Source: Zymomonas mobilis subsp. mobilis ATCC 10988 (GTDB taxonomy: Bacteria > Pseudomonadota > Alphaproteobacteria > Sphingomonadales > Sphingomonadaceae). From it: DNA of 32,000 nt. The first letter of the stretch is position 1. Each line of letters starts with the position of its first letter. The notes under the pieces were generated by a model, which did no database searches, was not told the DNA's origin, and saw only the letters and a list, made by a program, of their open reading frames with translations. Location of the stretch: the NCBI RefSeq assembly GCF_000175255.2, contig NC_017262.1:720001-752000 (forward strand), in the 5' to 3' direction. A program made the translations under genes and the position numbers. Shown piece after piece: positions 10,696-20,200 of the stretch.

Positions 10696-11919
10696 TTGGA
10701 CGAAATGGCTGATATAATCAATGCTTGCGAAGAGAAAATTTTAAAAATAGCTGCTGATTTTCCTATGCTGGATTATCTCACAGAATGGGCAAATATTAAC
10801 AGCGGCTCTTATAACCAAGCGGGACTAGCCGTTATGGCAGAAAAGCTGAAACAGGCTTTTTCAATCCTTCCAGCTAAAATAGAGGAAGTAACACATCCCT
10901 CCCAGGCCATTATTTCTGCGGAAGGCGTCCCGCTTTCTCCTACAACAGCAACACATCTACATTTAACGATTCGTCCAGATGCGCCCTTACAACTCCTTTT
11001 TACAGGTCATTTCGATACTGTTTTTGGCAAAGATCACCCTTTCAACAAAGTAACTCGCTTGGATGAAGAAACAATTGGTGGTCCTGGCGTCGCCGATATG
11101 AAGGGCGGCTTGACTGTAATGCTGGCGGCACTCCAAGCCTTTGAAAATCATCCCAACAAAGACAAATTAGGCTATGAAATCGTTTTAAATAGCGATGAAG
11201 AAATAGGCTCTTCTTCCTCTGCTCCGCTACTGGCTCAATCTGCTAAAGGAAAAATCGCTGCTTTCACCTATGAACCGTCCACCCTACCAGATGGGACTTT
11301 TGCCAGTGCCCGACCAGGAAGTGGCAATTTTTCTATTGTTATAACTGGTCTGGCTGCCCATGCTGGACGGAATATAGATCAAGGGCGCAATGCGATCGTG
11401 GCGGCCGCCGATATGGCACTTCGCCTCAAATCAGCTAGTCAAAAAGGATTAACGGTTAATCCTGCCAAGATTGATGGCGGCGGGCCCAATAACATTGTTC
11501 CTGACAATGCGGTGTTACGGATTAATATCCGCCCTTCGACGCCTGAAAAAATGCAATTAGCTGAAAATCTTCTGAAAAAAACAATTGCAGATATTGCTCA
11601 AGACCATAGTGTAACAGTCAAAATTTATGGTCATTTCGGTCGTCCACCCAAAGCGATTAGCCAAAAAGGCAAAAATCTGATGGCGCTGGTTGAATCCAGC
11701 TGTCAAGATCTCGGATTAACCGCTCGCTGGCAAGAAACGGGGGGAGTCTGCGATGGCAATAATATTTCGGCAATGGATGTGCCCGTCATTGACACAATGG
11801 GGGTTCGGGGAGGCAATATCCATTCCCAAAAGGAGTTCATGATTATCAAAAGTCTTGAAGAACGGGCGCAGCTTTCTGCTCTCATTCTGACAGGACTTTT
11901 AAATATCGGGGGAATATGA
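10696..11919 (+). CDS. M20 family metallohydrolase (carboxypeptidase/deacylase type)
   Basis: Metal-site motifs LLFTGHFDTVFG, GPGVADMKGG, NSDEEIGS. The ATG at 10705 (after AAGGA) is a more likely start than the TTG at 10696. Confidence 0.88.
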   Translation: MDEMADIINACEEKILKIAADFPMLDYLTEWANINSGSYNQAGLAVMAEKLKQAFSILPAKIEEVTHPSQAIISAEGVPLSPTTATHLHLTIRPDAPLQLLFTGHFDTVFGKDHPFNKVTRLDEETIGGPGVADMKGGLTVMLAALQAFENHPNKDKLGYEIVLNSDEEIGSSSSAPLLAQSAKGKIAAFTYEPSTLPDGTFASARPGSGNFSIVITGLAAHAGRNIDQGRNAIVAAADMALRLKSASQKGLTVNPAKIDGGGPNNIVPDNAVLRINIRPSTPEKMQLAENLLKKTIADIAQDHSVTVKIYGHFGRPPKAISQKGKNLMALVESSCQDLGLTARWQETGGVCDGNNISAMDVPVIDTMGVRGGNIHSQKEFMIIKSLEERAQLSALILTGLLNIGGI

Positions 11920-12270
11920 GTTACAAAATTCGTCCAGCACGTGCCGGTGATGAACAATCGCTTTATGCCTTGGCACAATTAACAGGAGGTGGTTTTACGA
12001 ATTTACCTCCTGATCTCAAGGCTTTAGAGGCAAAGATTGTTAGAAGTAACGAGGCTTTTTCTGAAACAGAAGATGCTGTCCGCGATCATGTCTATGTCTT
12101 GGTGCTCGAACATAGCGACAGTGGTCAAATCGTCGGAACAGCCCAGATTTTTGCCAAAGTTGGGGTCAAGCAACCTTTTTACAGCTATCGTCTCAGCCAG
12201 CTCACCAAGACCTCTCCAGAATTAGACCAACGCATCACAACACAGATGCTGACGCTAACAACTGATCTAG
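11916..12270 (+). pseudogene. astA: Arginine N-succinyltransferase (AstA family), 3'-truncated at the IS boundary
   Basis: N-terminal ~118 aa (RPARAGDEQSLYALAQLTGGGFTNLPPD...VKQPFYSYRLSQ...ELDQRITTQMLTLTTDL) is AstA-like; full AstA proteins are ~340 aa. Coding identity stops at the IS end. Overlaps the M20 gene stop (ATGA). Confidence 0.82.
12267..12270. repeat. Left CTAG direct repeat flanking the IS
   Basis: CTAG directly before the TIR; identical CTAG at 13116-13119. Confidence 0.75.
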
Positions 12271-12342
12271 GCTCAGGACCTGTTAATTTCTTGAGTTGAG
12301 CGGGCTGTTGTGATTCACAGGTTTACCGATGGAGGTGAAGCT

Positions 12343-12711
12343 GTGAGTGACGTGTTTTTGCTGTCTGAGCACCAGATGGAACGGATTAAGCCGTTTTTTC
12401 CACTGGCGCATGGTGTGCCGCGTGTCGATGACCGTCGTGTCCTGAGCGGGATCGTTTACGTGATCCGCAACGGCCTTCAGTGGAAAGACGCCCCGAAAGC
12501 GTATGGCCCGCACAAGACTTTATACAACCGGTTTATCCGGTGGAGCCGCCTGGGTGTCTTTGACCGGATCTTCGTCGCCCTGACGGAGCAGGCAGGCCGT
12601 TCGAAGCGTCTGATGATCGATGCAACACATCTGAAAGCACACCGGACAGCGGCCTCCCTGCTCAAAAAGGGGCTTTTCCCCGCCATATCGGACGCACGAA
12701 AGGCGGACTGA
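12343..12711 (+). CDS. IS5-family transposase, orfA (N-terminal part)
   Basis: VSDVFLLSEHQMERIKPFFPLAHGVPRVDDRRVLSGIVYVIRNGLQWKDAP...; GTG start 6 nt after GGAGGT. The provided ORF extends to 12310 without an evident ribosome-binding site. Confidence 0.88.
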   Translation: MSDVFLLSEHQMERIKPFFPLAHGVPRVDDRRVLSGIVYVIRNGLQWKDAPKAYGPHKTLYNRFIRWSRLGVFDRIFVALTEQAGRSKRLMIDATHLKAHRTAASLLKKGLFPAISDARKAD

Positions 12712-13106
12712 ACTCAAAGCTTCACGCTGTATGCGATAGTCAGGGCCGCCCTGTCCGGCTGCATCTGACCGCAGGTCAGGTCAGTGACTTCAAAGGCGCG
12801 GATGTTCTGCTGGCAAATCTGCCGGAAGAAACACAAGAAATTCTCGGGGACCGGGGATACGACAGTAATAAAATCAGACAGTCTCTCGCAGACCGGAATA
12901 TCACCGCCTGTATTCCGCCGAAGAAGAACCGGAAATCAAAGCCGCCTTACGACTGGCATCTGTATAAAAAGCGTCACCTCATCGAAAATATGTTCGCAAA
13001 GCTCAAAGACTGGCGGCGTGTCGCAACACGATACGACCGGTGCGCTCACACATTCATGTCAGCAATCCATATCGCAGCAAGTTTCATCTTCTATCTCAAA
13101 GAATGA
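12699..13106 (+). CDS. IS5-family transposase, orfB (C-terminal part, -1 frame)
   Basis: -1 frame reads KGGLNSKLHAVCDSQGRPVRLHLTAGQVSDFKGADVLLANLPEETQEILGDRGYDSNKIRQSL...PYDWHLYKKRHLIENMFAKLKDWRRVATRYDRCAHTFMSAIHIAASFIFYLKE*; contains the downstream DDE residues. It is absent from the supplied ORF list, probably for want of an ATG start. Confidence 0.85.
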   Translation, partial: KGGLNSKLHAVCDSQGRPVRLHLTAGQVSDFKGADVLLANLPEETQEILGDRGYDSNKIRQSLADRNITACIPPKKNRKSKPPYDWHLYKKRHLIENMFAKLKDWRRVATRYDRCAHTFMSAIHIAASFIFYLKE

Positions 13107-13115
13107 GTCCTGAGC

Positions 13116-13119
13116 CTAG
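13116..13119. repeat. Right CTAG direct repeat flanking the IS
   Basis: CTAG immediately after GTCCTGAGC. Confidence 0.75.
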
Positions 13120-14498
13120 CGGAATCTATTGGTTCCGCACGCTGGTGGCGCGGCGCTTTTTCTCTAACGGGTTTGATTACCGCTGCATTATTGACCCATC
13201 CGGCAAGCCATATCACTTTTCTCCCGCCAGAAAGTGAAGCGGTTGCCCCCATCATCAAATCCAACCCACAAAAAACACCTTTATCGACGGCGATTGTCGG
13301 GATGGATCATTTCTTTCCGGCACCGTCTCAAACCGGCATTATGCCGACCCAAAGCGAGGTCATGCTTTCACCGACAGCGCCCATCCGTTATCTTAAAAAA
13401 GAAAATGGGATAGCGCTTAGTCGGATATTCGAGAAAGCCGGACTTTCAACCCAAGAAGCGCAAGAAATTGATAAATTGATCTCAAGCAACATCCCCGACA
13501 ACAACATCGGGGAAGATACCGCTTTTCATTTTATTACCCTGCCGCCCGCCAGCCCGTTACAAGCGCATCGTCTTAGTCATCTGAATTTTCAGGCTTCTTT
13601 TGACAGTATGGTCAATATTGATCGCGAAAAAGACGGGTTCAAACTAACAAAATACCCGATCCCTTTTACGACCCGCCCTATAAAATTCAGTTTTTCGGTT
13701 GAAAAAAACATACGGGAAGATAGCCGAATAGCGGGAATCCCGACATCACTGGCTTCTAAAATAGAAGAATTACTCAAAAAACAGCTTACGAATCCTCGCC
13801 TGTTTATCCGTCACCAAACACGGCTGGATATCGTCTTGAACCAGCGGGAAAATAGCTTGGGTGAGAAAGAAATTGGCGACCCACTTTATATTGCTTTGAC
13901 GCAAAGCCATACGTCCGACACAAAAAAACCGATAGCACAACTCCGACTTTTCAAATGGGAAAAAGACGGACAAAGCTACTGGCTGGACGATAAAGGACAG
14001 GCACCGCTTGTCAGCGTCAATAATTTCATTCTTCCGGTCGCGGGGCGGATAACCTCCCCCTTCGGATATCGCTTTCACCCTATTTTAGGCTTTGGCCGTC
14101 TCCATAAAGGCATTGATATCAGCAGCAGCTATGGAACGCCTATCAAAGCGGCTTCAACCGGTCGGGTTATTTTTGCGGGTCGCAAATCAGGCTATGGTAA
14201 TTTTGCGCTTATCGATCATGGACAGGGCATTGAAACCGCCTATGCGCATATGAGCTGCCTTCATGTTCATCAAGGACAGAGTGTCTCACAAGGCCAAGTA
14301 ATCGGACAAATCGGGACAAGTGGCCTTTCAACAGGCCCCCATCTCCATTACGAACTGCATTACAATTCTGTGCCGGTCAATCCTGATCATTTTGTCCAAA
14401 CGGCACATTATCAGTTAACAGGACAAGACCTAACCGCCTTTAAGAAAAGAACCGCAGAAATGCTTGCCTTAGCTGATTCCACTTCCAAGCAAAGCTAA
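13116..14498 (+). CDS. M23 (LytM-type) metallopeptidase, apparently 5'-truncated at the IS boundary
   Basis: Open frame from the IS edge (LAESIGSARWWRGAFSLTGLITAALLTHP...) through FGYRFHPILGFGRLHKGIDIS and GPHLHYELHYN motifs. The first supplied start is TTG 13173, inside what looks like the TM segment. Confidence 0.85.
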   Translation, partial: LAESIGSARWWRGAFSLTGLITAALLTHPASHITFLPPESEAVAPIIKSNPQKTPLSTAIVGMDHFFPAPSQTGIMPTQSEVMLSPTAPIRYLKKENGIALSRIFEKAGLSTQEAQEIDKLISSNIPDNNIGEDTAFHFITLPPASPLQAHRLSHLNFQASFDSMVNIDREKDGFKLTKYPIPFTTRPIKFSFSVEKNIREDSRIAGIPTSLASKIEELLKKQLTNPRLFIRHQTRLDIVLNQRENSLGEKEIGDPLYIALTQSHTSDTKKPIAQLRLFKWEKDGQSYWLDDKGQAPLVSVNNFILPVAGRITSPFGYRFHPILGFGRLHKGIDISSSYGTPIKAASTGRVIFAGRKSGYGNFALIDHGQGIETAYAHMSCLHVHQGQSVSQGQVIGQIGTSGLSTGPHLHYELHYNSVPVNPDHFVQTAHYQLTGQDLTAFKKRTAEMLALADSTSKQS

Positions 14499-14577
14499 AG
14501 GAAAAGCGCTACCGCCCAGCATCACCTGCTAGAGTCCCCCGCCCTTCATCGCGATAAAGTCTTAGTGGAAAGCTATC

Positions 14578-15240
14578 CTAAAAACCTATCCATTCTTTTT
14601 CGGTCGCAACCGCATGAAGGGGCATATCCCAAGCTTCAACCGGAATAGCCTCTGCCTCTTGAATACTCCAAGCTACGCCGATCCGAATGGCATCGGGATA
14701 GGCCTTGAAACTGCGGTCATAATAGCCCCCGCCTCGCCCCAAACGGCGCAAAGAGCGATCAAAACCGACTAGGGGCGTTAAAATAATATCCGGCACTATT
14801 TTTTCAGATTCTGCAACCGGCTGCAAAATACCGCCATTTTTCTCTTCCAAAGGGTCACCCGGCCACCAGCGATGAAAATCAAGAGGCGCGTCTTTTTCAA
14901 CAATTCTCGGCAATAAAGGCGTGATACCGGCATCAATCGCCTGCAAGAAAATAGGCAAAGGGTCGACTTCACCATCATTGGGCAAATAAGCCGAAATAGA
15001 ACGTGCTTTTCCGAAATGACTGCGGATGTGTTCAGCCAACATCAGCGTAAAAATCAAGCCATCAGCTTTCCAAGAAGGATGATCAGCCAAAGCCTTCCGA
15101 CGCTGACGAAATAATTTCCGCAGGGATTTTTTATCAGCCAATGACGCTGTTGGCTGCATATTATCCGATGTATCCCCTTCTTTCAGAAGATCAGAAACAG
15201 AGAAAAGGGAAGACGACGCAACGGACACAGGCTTCTCCAT
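14578..15240 (-). CDS. 5-formyltetrahydrofolate cyclo-ligase
   Basis: RQRRKAL, LVGFDRSLRRLGRGGGYYDRSF signature. An internal start (MQPTAS...) is possible. Confidence 0.93.
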   Translation of the reverse strand: MEKPVSVASSSLFSVSDLLKEGDTSDNMQPTASLADKKSLRKLFRQRRKALADHPSWKADGLIFTLMLAEHIRSHFGKARSISAYLPNDGEVDPLPIFLQAIDAGITPLLPRIVEKDAPLDFHRWWPGDPLEEKNGGILQPVAESEKIVPDIILTPLVGFDRSLRRLGRGGGYYDRSFKAYPDAIRIGVAWSIQEAEAIPVEAWDMPLHAVATEKEWIGF

Positions 15241-15353
15241 CCAAGCACAGAAAAATATTCATTATCTTCTTAATTTTGTTGTTATTCTGCTTTTTTCAAC
15301 CCGTTTTTTCGAAAGAAGGCATAACTATCCCAAAGTTAAAATAAAAACGCGCG

Positions 15354-16907
15354 TTGTTCTTTCTGCTACGCCTCTCGAAAGCGGATATATCAAGACATCA
15401 AATTTCACCGATCAAACTTGACAGTGAAAAGGCAGCAAGTCATCCCCAACAAATGCTATTGCCGAAACAAGCCACTGCGCGCCTTCGCCTTTCCTTTTCC
15501 CGTCATAAAGTGATTGGAGCTATTGCGCTTCCCGCCATTGTCACCAATATCGCAACCGCTTTGTTTGGTCTGGCGGATATCTGGGCGATAGGCCGCTTGG
15601 GCGATCCTCAAGCGCAAGGCGGTGTCGAAATCGGGGCAAAATTATTAACCACCCTCTGTGTGCTTTTTAATTTTTTACGATCAGGAACAACCGCTTTGAC
15701 GGCTCAAGCCGCCGGAAGACAGAATACAACCCAAGCCAGCCACAGCGCCGCTTTGTCAGAAGCACAATGGCAAGAAGCAGGGTTACGCCACCCCGCGAAT
15801 ATAGAAGCCAGCCATGAAACCGAACAAACGCTTATTCGAGCCGTTTCCCTTGCCTTAGGACTCGGACTTTTATTGCTACTTTTCAAAACTTTTATCATTC
15901 CCTTCGGGCTATCTTTAATGAATGCCTCTGGCGGGATTAGAGAGCAGGCCGCTTCCTATGTTTGTCTCCGTTACTGGATTGTGCCCCTCATCCTTGCCAA
16001 TATGGCTTTAAGTGCATGGCTGATCGGGATGCGGTCAATGCGTCTGGTTCTGGCTATCGAGGTTGCCAGTAATTTTTTTCATATTTCAATGGATTGCCTC
16101 TTTGTCTTGTTGCTAAAGCAAGGGGTAAATGGGGTCGCCCATGCCTCGATTATCTCTGAAATCTTTTCAACTCTGTTGCTACTGGCGGCTGTCACCCGTT
16201 ACGCTTCGCCTCAGCTATTATGTCGGCTGGGTTTTCATCGCCTGACTTGGCAAAAAGAAACCATCTACAGCTTGTTCAGCCTCAATCGCGATCTGTTCAT
16301 ACGCACTTTACTGTTAATGACGGCTATTATTTTCTTTACTCGGATGAGTGTCCAGCAAGGCGCTATCTTGCTTGCGGCCAATGCCATTATCAATCAACTT
16401 TTTTCGCTCGCAACGCTGATTTTGGATGGCTACGAAAGTTCGGCACAAATATTATGTGGTGAGGCCGCTGGCGCAAAAGATCACACGCGTTTCTCTCAAT
16501 TAATGCGCGCTACTTTATTTCAGGCGTTTCTAGTCGCCACTTTATTAGCACTTATCTACGGATTTTCGGGTTCATTACTGGTCAAATCTTTCACGACAGA
16601 TTCAATCGTTGCCCAAGCCGCCGGAAATTTATCTATTTGGTTGGTTGTTCTGCCCCTTGTTGGAGTCAGCTCCTATGTAATGGATGGCGTTTTTGTTGGT
16701 GCTGGATGGAGCAAAGCTATGATGGGTAGTATGGCTATTGCGCTTTTGCTCTTCATGATTAGCCTGTTTTTTTTCAAAGCTTGGGGAAATAATGGCTTAT
16801 GGTTATCCTTTAGCCTCTTTCTCTTTTATCGCAGTAGTGCTCAACTTATTCTTTTACCATTCATGGAAAAAAGACAATTTTACGCTAATAAAGATTTAAA
16901 ACATTAA
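15354..16907 (+). CDS. MATE family efflux transporter (DinF-like)
   Basis: Multi-TM protein with LPAIVTNIATALFGLADIWAIGRLGDPQAQGG and a second half VQQGAILLAANAIINQLFSLATLILDGYESSAQILCGEAAGA. The start is uncertain; a shorter form beginning at an internal Met is possible. Confidence 0.9.
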   Translation: MFFLLRLSKADISRHQISPIKLDSEKAASHPQQMLLPKQATARLRLSFSRHKVIGAIALPAIVTNIATALFGLADIWAIGRLGDPQAQGGVEIGAKLLTTLCVLFNFLRSGTTALTAQAAGRQNTTQASHSAALSEAQWQEAGLRHPANIEASHETEQTLIRAVSLALGLGLLLLLFKTFIIPFGLSLMNASGGIREQAASYVCLRYWIVPLILANMALSAWLIGMRSMRLVLAIEVASNFFHISMDCLFVLLLKQGVNGVAHASIISEIFSTLLLLAAVTRYASPQLLCRLGFHRLTWQKETIYSLFSLNRDLFIRTLLLMTAIIFFTRMSVQQGAILLAANAIINQLFSLATLILDGYESSAQILCGEAAGAKDHTRFSQLMRATLFQAFLVATLLALIYGFSGSLLVKSFTTDSIVAQAAGNLSIWLVVLPLVGVSSYVMDGVFVGAGWSKAMMGSMAIALLLFMISLFFFKAWGNNGLWLSFSLFLFYRSSAQLILLPFMEKRQFYANKDLKH

Positions 16908-17212
16908 AATAAATTTTTATATTTAAATATATTTTCAATCTATACTTAAAATTTCAACAATAAAAATATAAAAATTATTACTTTTTTAAAAATTTTGGTT
17001 TTTATGAATAAATATAAAATAAATTTTTACATAAAAACCTTAATTTATTTGAAGAAACAGATGAAAACATCCCCATGTAATTAAAATTATCTTATATATT
17101 TCACCATTATAGAGCAAAAATAAATTCGAATATCTTAAAAAAACTTTTAAAAATTCTAAAATTCCTCCCGTTACTATAAAATTATAGTTAAATTATAAAA
17201 TTTGGGGGGAGT

Positions 17213-20200
17213 ATGATAAATTTAAGACGGATTATAACCCGTTTTTTTCTAGCGAGTTGTGTTTTCTACCCACATGCTTTGCATGCAACTGAAATACCGC
17301 TCGATATTATCAATGAAGTAGAAGACGGATTTTCTTTTACCCGCTTAGGCATCAATGCCGGTGTTAATAACGGAGACCCAAAAGAATATCTTTTCGATAC
17401 CGGCTCGGATTCCTTTAATATTGCAGTCGGCATGAATAACAGTGGCACGATGCCCAGCTGGTTTCCACAAACCGGTACCGCCGTATCCAGTCCTTACGGC
17501 TATATGTATGGCGATGGCACTTATGGCTATCTGCAATCCGATACATCGGTTTCAAATATCCAATTTTATAACAGCACAACAGGCAGCAAAATAGCCAATT
17601 ATGACACCTCAGCAGGTCTAGGTGTCGCTCTTATTCAAGCCTCTATTGCTACCGAGAACCGATTAAATCCTAACGACATCGGGCAACAGATTTCACCCGA
17701 CACGGCAGGATTGGATCCTTCACAGGCCTATTATCAAGATTTGTCATGGCAACAATCACTGGACGCTGGGAAAGCGCCTGATGAAAATCATTTCTATGGG
17801 ATTATGGGTGCTGGTGATTTCATTTATCGCGGTGATAATGGTGGCGTTCCCGGCCAACTTACAAAAAGCGGCTATATTGTCGAAGCCAATGGCACCACAA
17901 CAACCCCGGGGGATTGCGGAGCAAGCTGTCTTATCGTTGGATTAACACCTGCCTTAAGAGCGCAATTCTTCACCCAAGTGCCTTGGCGGGGCATCATCGG
18001 CAGCTTTCCGTTATCGGGAGCCAACGCCGGACGGCAATTTGATGCAATGTTCCAATATGCGCTTGATAACGGACAAAATACCAAAGGGATGCCGACCCTG
18101 CTGGATTCCGGAACACCAATGATTATCGTCGGCTCAAATGATTTACTGGGTCAGGCGATTGATGCAGGCGCAACAGGCAGCGATGGCTATATCAACGATG
18201 TTGACCCCGGTCATATATTAAACATTACCGGCAATGTCCCGAATGGTCAGACAGTTTCGGTTGTCACCGGTGATGGTTCCCAAGGCGATCAAACCAATGT
18301 CCTCACATTGGGCAGCAATATCTACACACCCAAGAATTACACCTTGGAAGGCGTTTCTTTCTTCTTACAAAATGCCGTGATGTATGATCTGGAAAATGCC
18401 GTAACAGGCTATACGCCTTTTTACGTATCGGATTATAATTTCACCAATGGGCTAGATGTCTCTTCTGACATGGGGGCATTGGGACTGGCCGGGGTCATCT
18501 CTGGCAGTAAAGATGTGAATATCCATGAGGGCGGTATCGCCTATCTGACCAATAACAACAGCTATACCGGTGCCACCAATATCGCTGAAAAAGGCTGGTT
18601 AGGTATTGGCGGTACGGGCAGCATATCCCAATCGGCGGTTGTTAATGTCGCGGGAAGTTTCGATATCGCTCATTCTGAAACCGGACAGAATATCCGCTCT
18701 TTATCTGGCAGCGGACAAGTCGTCTTAGGCGATAACACCCTATTGCTTAGTCAGGCACAAGATACCTTCTCCGGTTCTATTCGCGATGATTATGCCGAAG
18801 GCTCAACCCGTGCCGCGATGGTGCCGGTGCCTATTTTAACAGGCGGCGAAAACCAGACTCATGGTGGTGTTATCATTGGCGGCGGCCAAGAAATCTTCTC
18901 CGGCAATAACAGCTACAGCGGAAAAACCGGCGTGGCAGCGGCTGCCCAACTCATCTTGACAGGAAGATTGGACAAATCGCAGGTAGAAAATGCAGGCCGT
19001 TTTGAAAATAACGGCGAAACAACAGCCATTGTCAATTCAACCGGCATTGTCAGTGGTAACGGGCTTTTTGCTGGCGGTTTGACTGTAAAGCAAGGGATTG
19101 TCACACCGGGTGCCGTGCTCAACAATGGCGGCGGCAATATGCATGTTTCACACAATTTAGTGTTGGATAGTGCCGCGACCTATCTCACCCAAATAGGCAG
19201 CAATAGCGCCAGTATGATTGCTGTAGAGGGCAAGGCCGAAATCAATAACGCCACTCTTGTCAGCTTAGCCACTTCCGAAGCGGGGCGACCAAAATTAGGA
19301 CAAAATTATACGATTTTGACCGCCTCGGACGGCATATCCGGTCAATTTGGAGCTGTCAAAAGCGACCTGACTGGCAATGCCCTTTACCCCTTCCTGACAA
19401 CCGGCGTTGATTACCAGAGCAATATTGTCTCTCTTGAAATCGAACGAAGCAATATCGCTTTTACGAATGCCGCCCAAAGCCGAAATGAACGAAATGTTGC
19501 AACAGTACTTGATGCGATGTCCCCGACTTCCAGCTTGGCTCTACCGGTAACGCTACTTGATTTTGCAGCGGCACGGAATGCTTTCAATAGCCTGTCTGGT
19601 GAAATTCACGCCTCGGCAAGAACAGCGCTTATTCAAAATGCCACCGAGATCAGGGATATGGCCATCAACCGGATGCGGGCAGCCGACTGTATTCCTGGGG
19701 CATCCACTGAAAAAACTGCCAATCGGGATGGCCAATCTACAGGAGCGACCTGCGACAGCGATCAAGGCCAAACACTTTGGATGCAATCCTACGGCAATTG
19801 GAGCCATAACAGCCACAGCGCCAATGCCGCTGGAATGAGTAATTCCGTCGGCGGCTTTGTTCTCGGTGGTGAAACCTCGCTTATCCCGAATTGGCATATC
19901 GGTGGCTTGGTTGGCTACGGTCATTCCGGCTTTTCTGTCTCCGAACGGGCTTCATCCGGCCACAGCAATAACGTTACCTTGGGTGGCTATGCCAATACTC
20001 ATTGGGATCGTCTTGGCTTAAGAATGGGCGCAACCTACACATGGGATAGATTAGCAACCCGTCGGAAAGTGCTTTACGCTGATTTTACCGATCAACAAAG
20101 CAGTCGCTATAATGGCGGCACCGTGCAGGCCTTTGCGGATATCGGCTATCGCTTTGACATTGGTCGGGTCATGGTCGAACCTTTTGGAAATGCCGCCTAT

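Larger units (their letters stand above)
12271..13115 (+). mobile_element. IS5-family insertion sequence (IS427-like subgroup), 845 bp
   Basis: Terminal inverted repeats GCTCAGGAC...GTCCTGAGC with further imperfect pairing, flanked by CTAG on both sides, enclosing a two-frame DDE transposase. Confidence 0.92.

Noticed and set aside
12784-13113. Supplied 109-aa ORF in the IS right half
   Set aside because: Wrong frame; the real transposase C-terminus (GDRGYDSNKIRQSL...IENMFAKLKDWRR) is in another frame.
13040-13237. 65-aa ORF spanning the IS right end into the M23 gene
   Set aside because: Out of frame with both the transposase and the M23 peptidase; an artefact of the junction.
15141-15344. 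67-aa hydrophobic plus-strand ORF before the MATE gene
   Set aside because: Half overlaps the cyclo-ligase gene antisense and has no recognisable family; could be a small membrane protein but support is too weak.
17213-18500. Retropepsin-like (single-motif, dimeric) protease as an alternative for the autotransporter passenger
   Set aside because: Two distinct catalytic motifs (DTGS and DSGT) with a flap after the first occur in one chain, which fits a bilobal pepsin-like protein better; a structure prediction is still needed.
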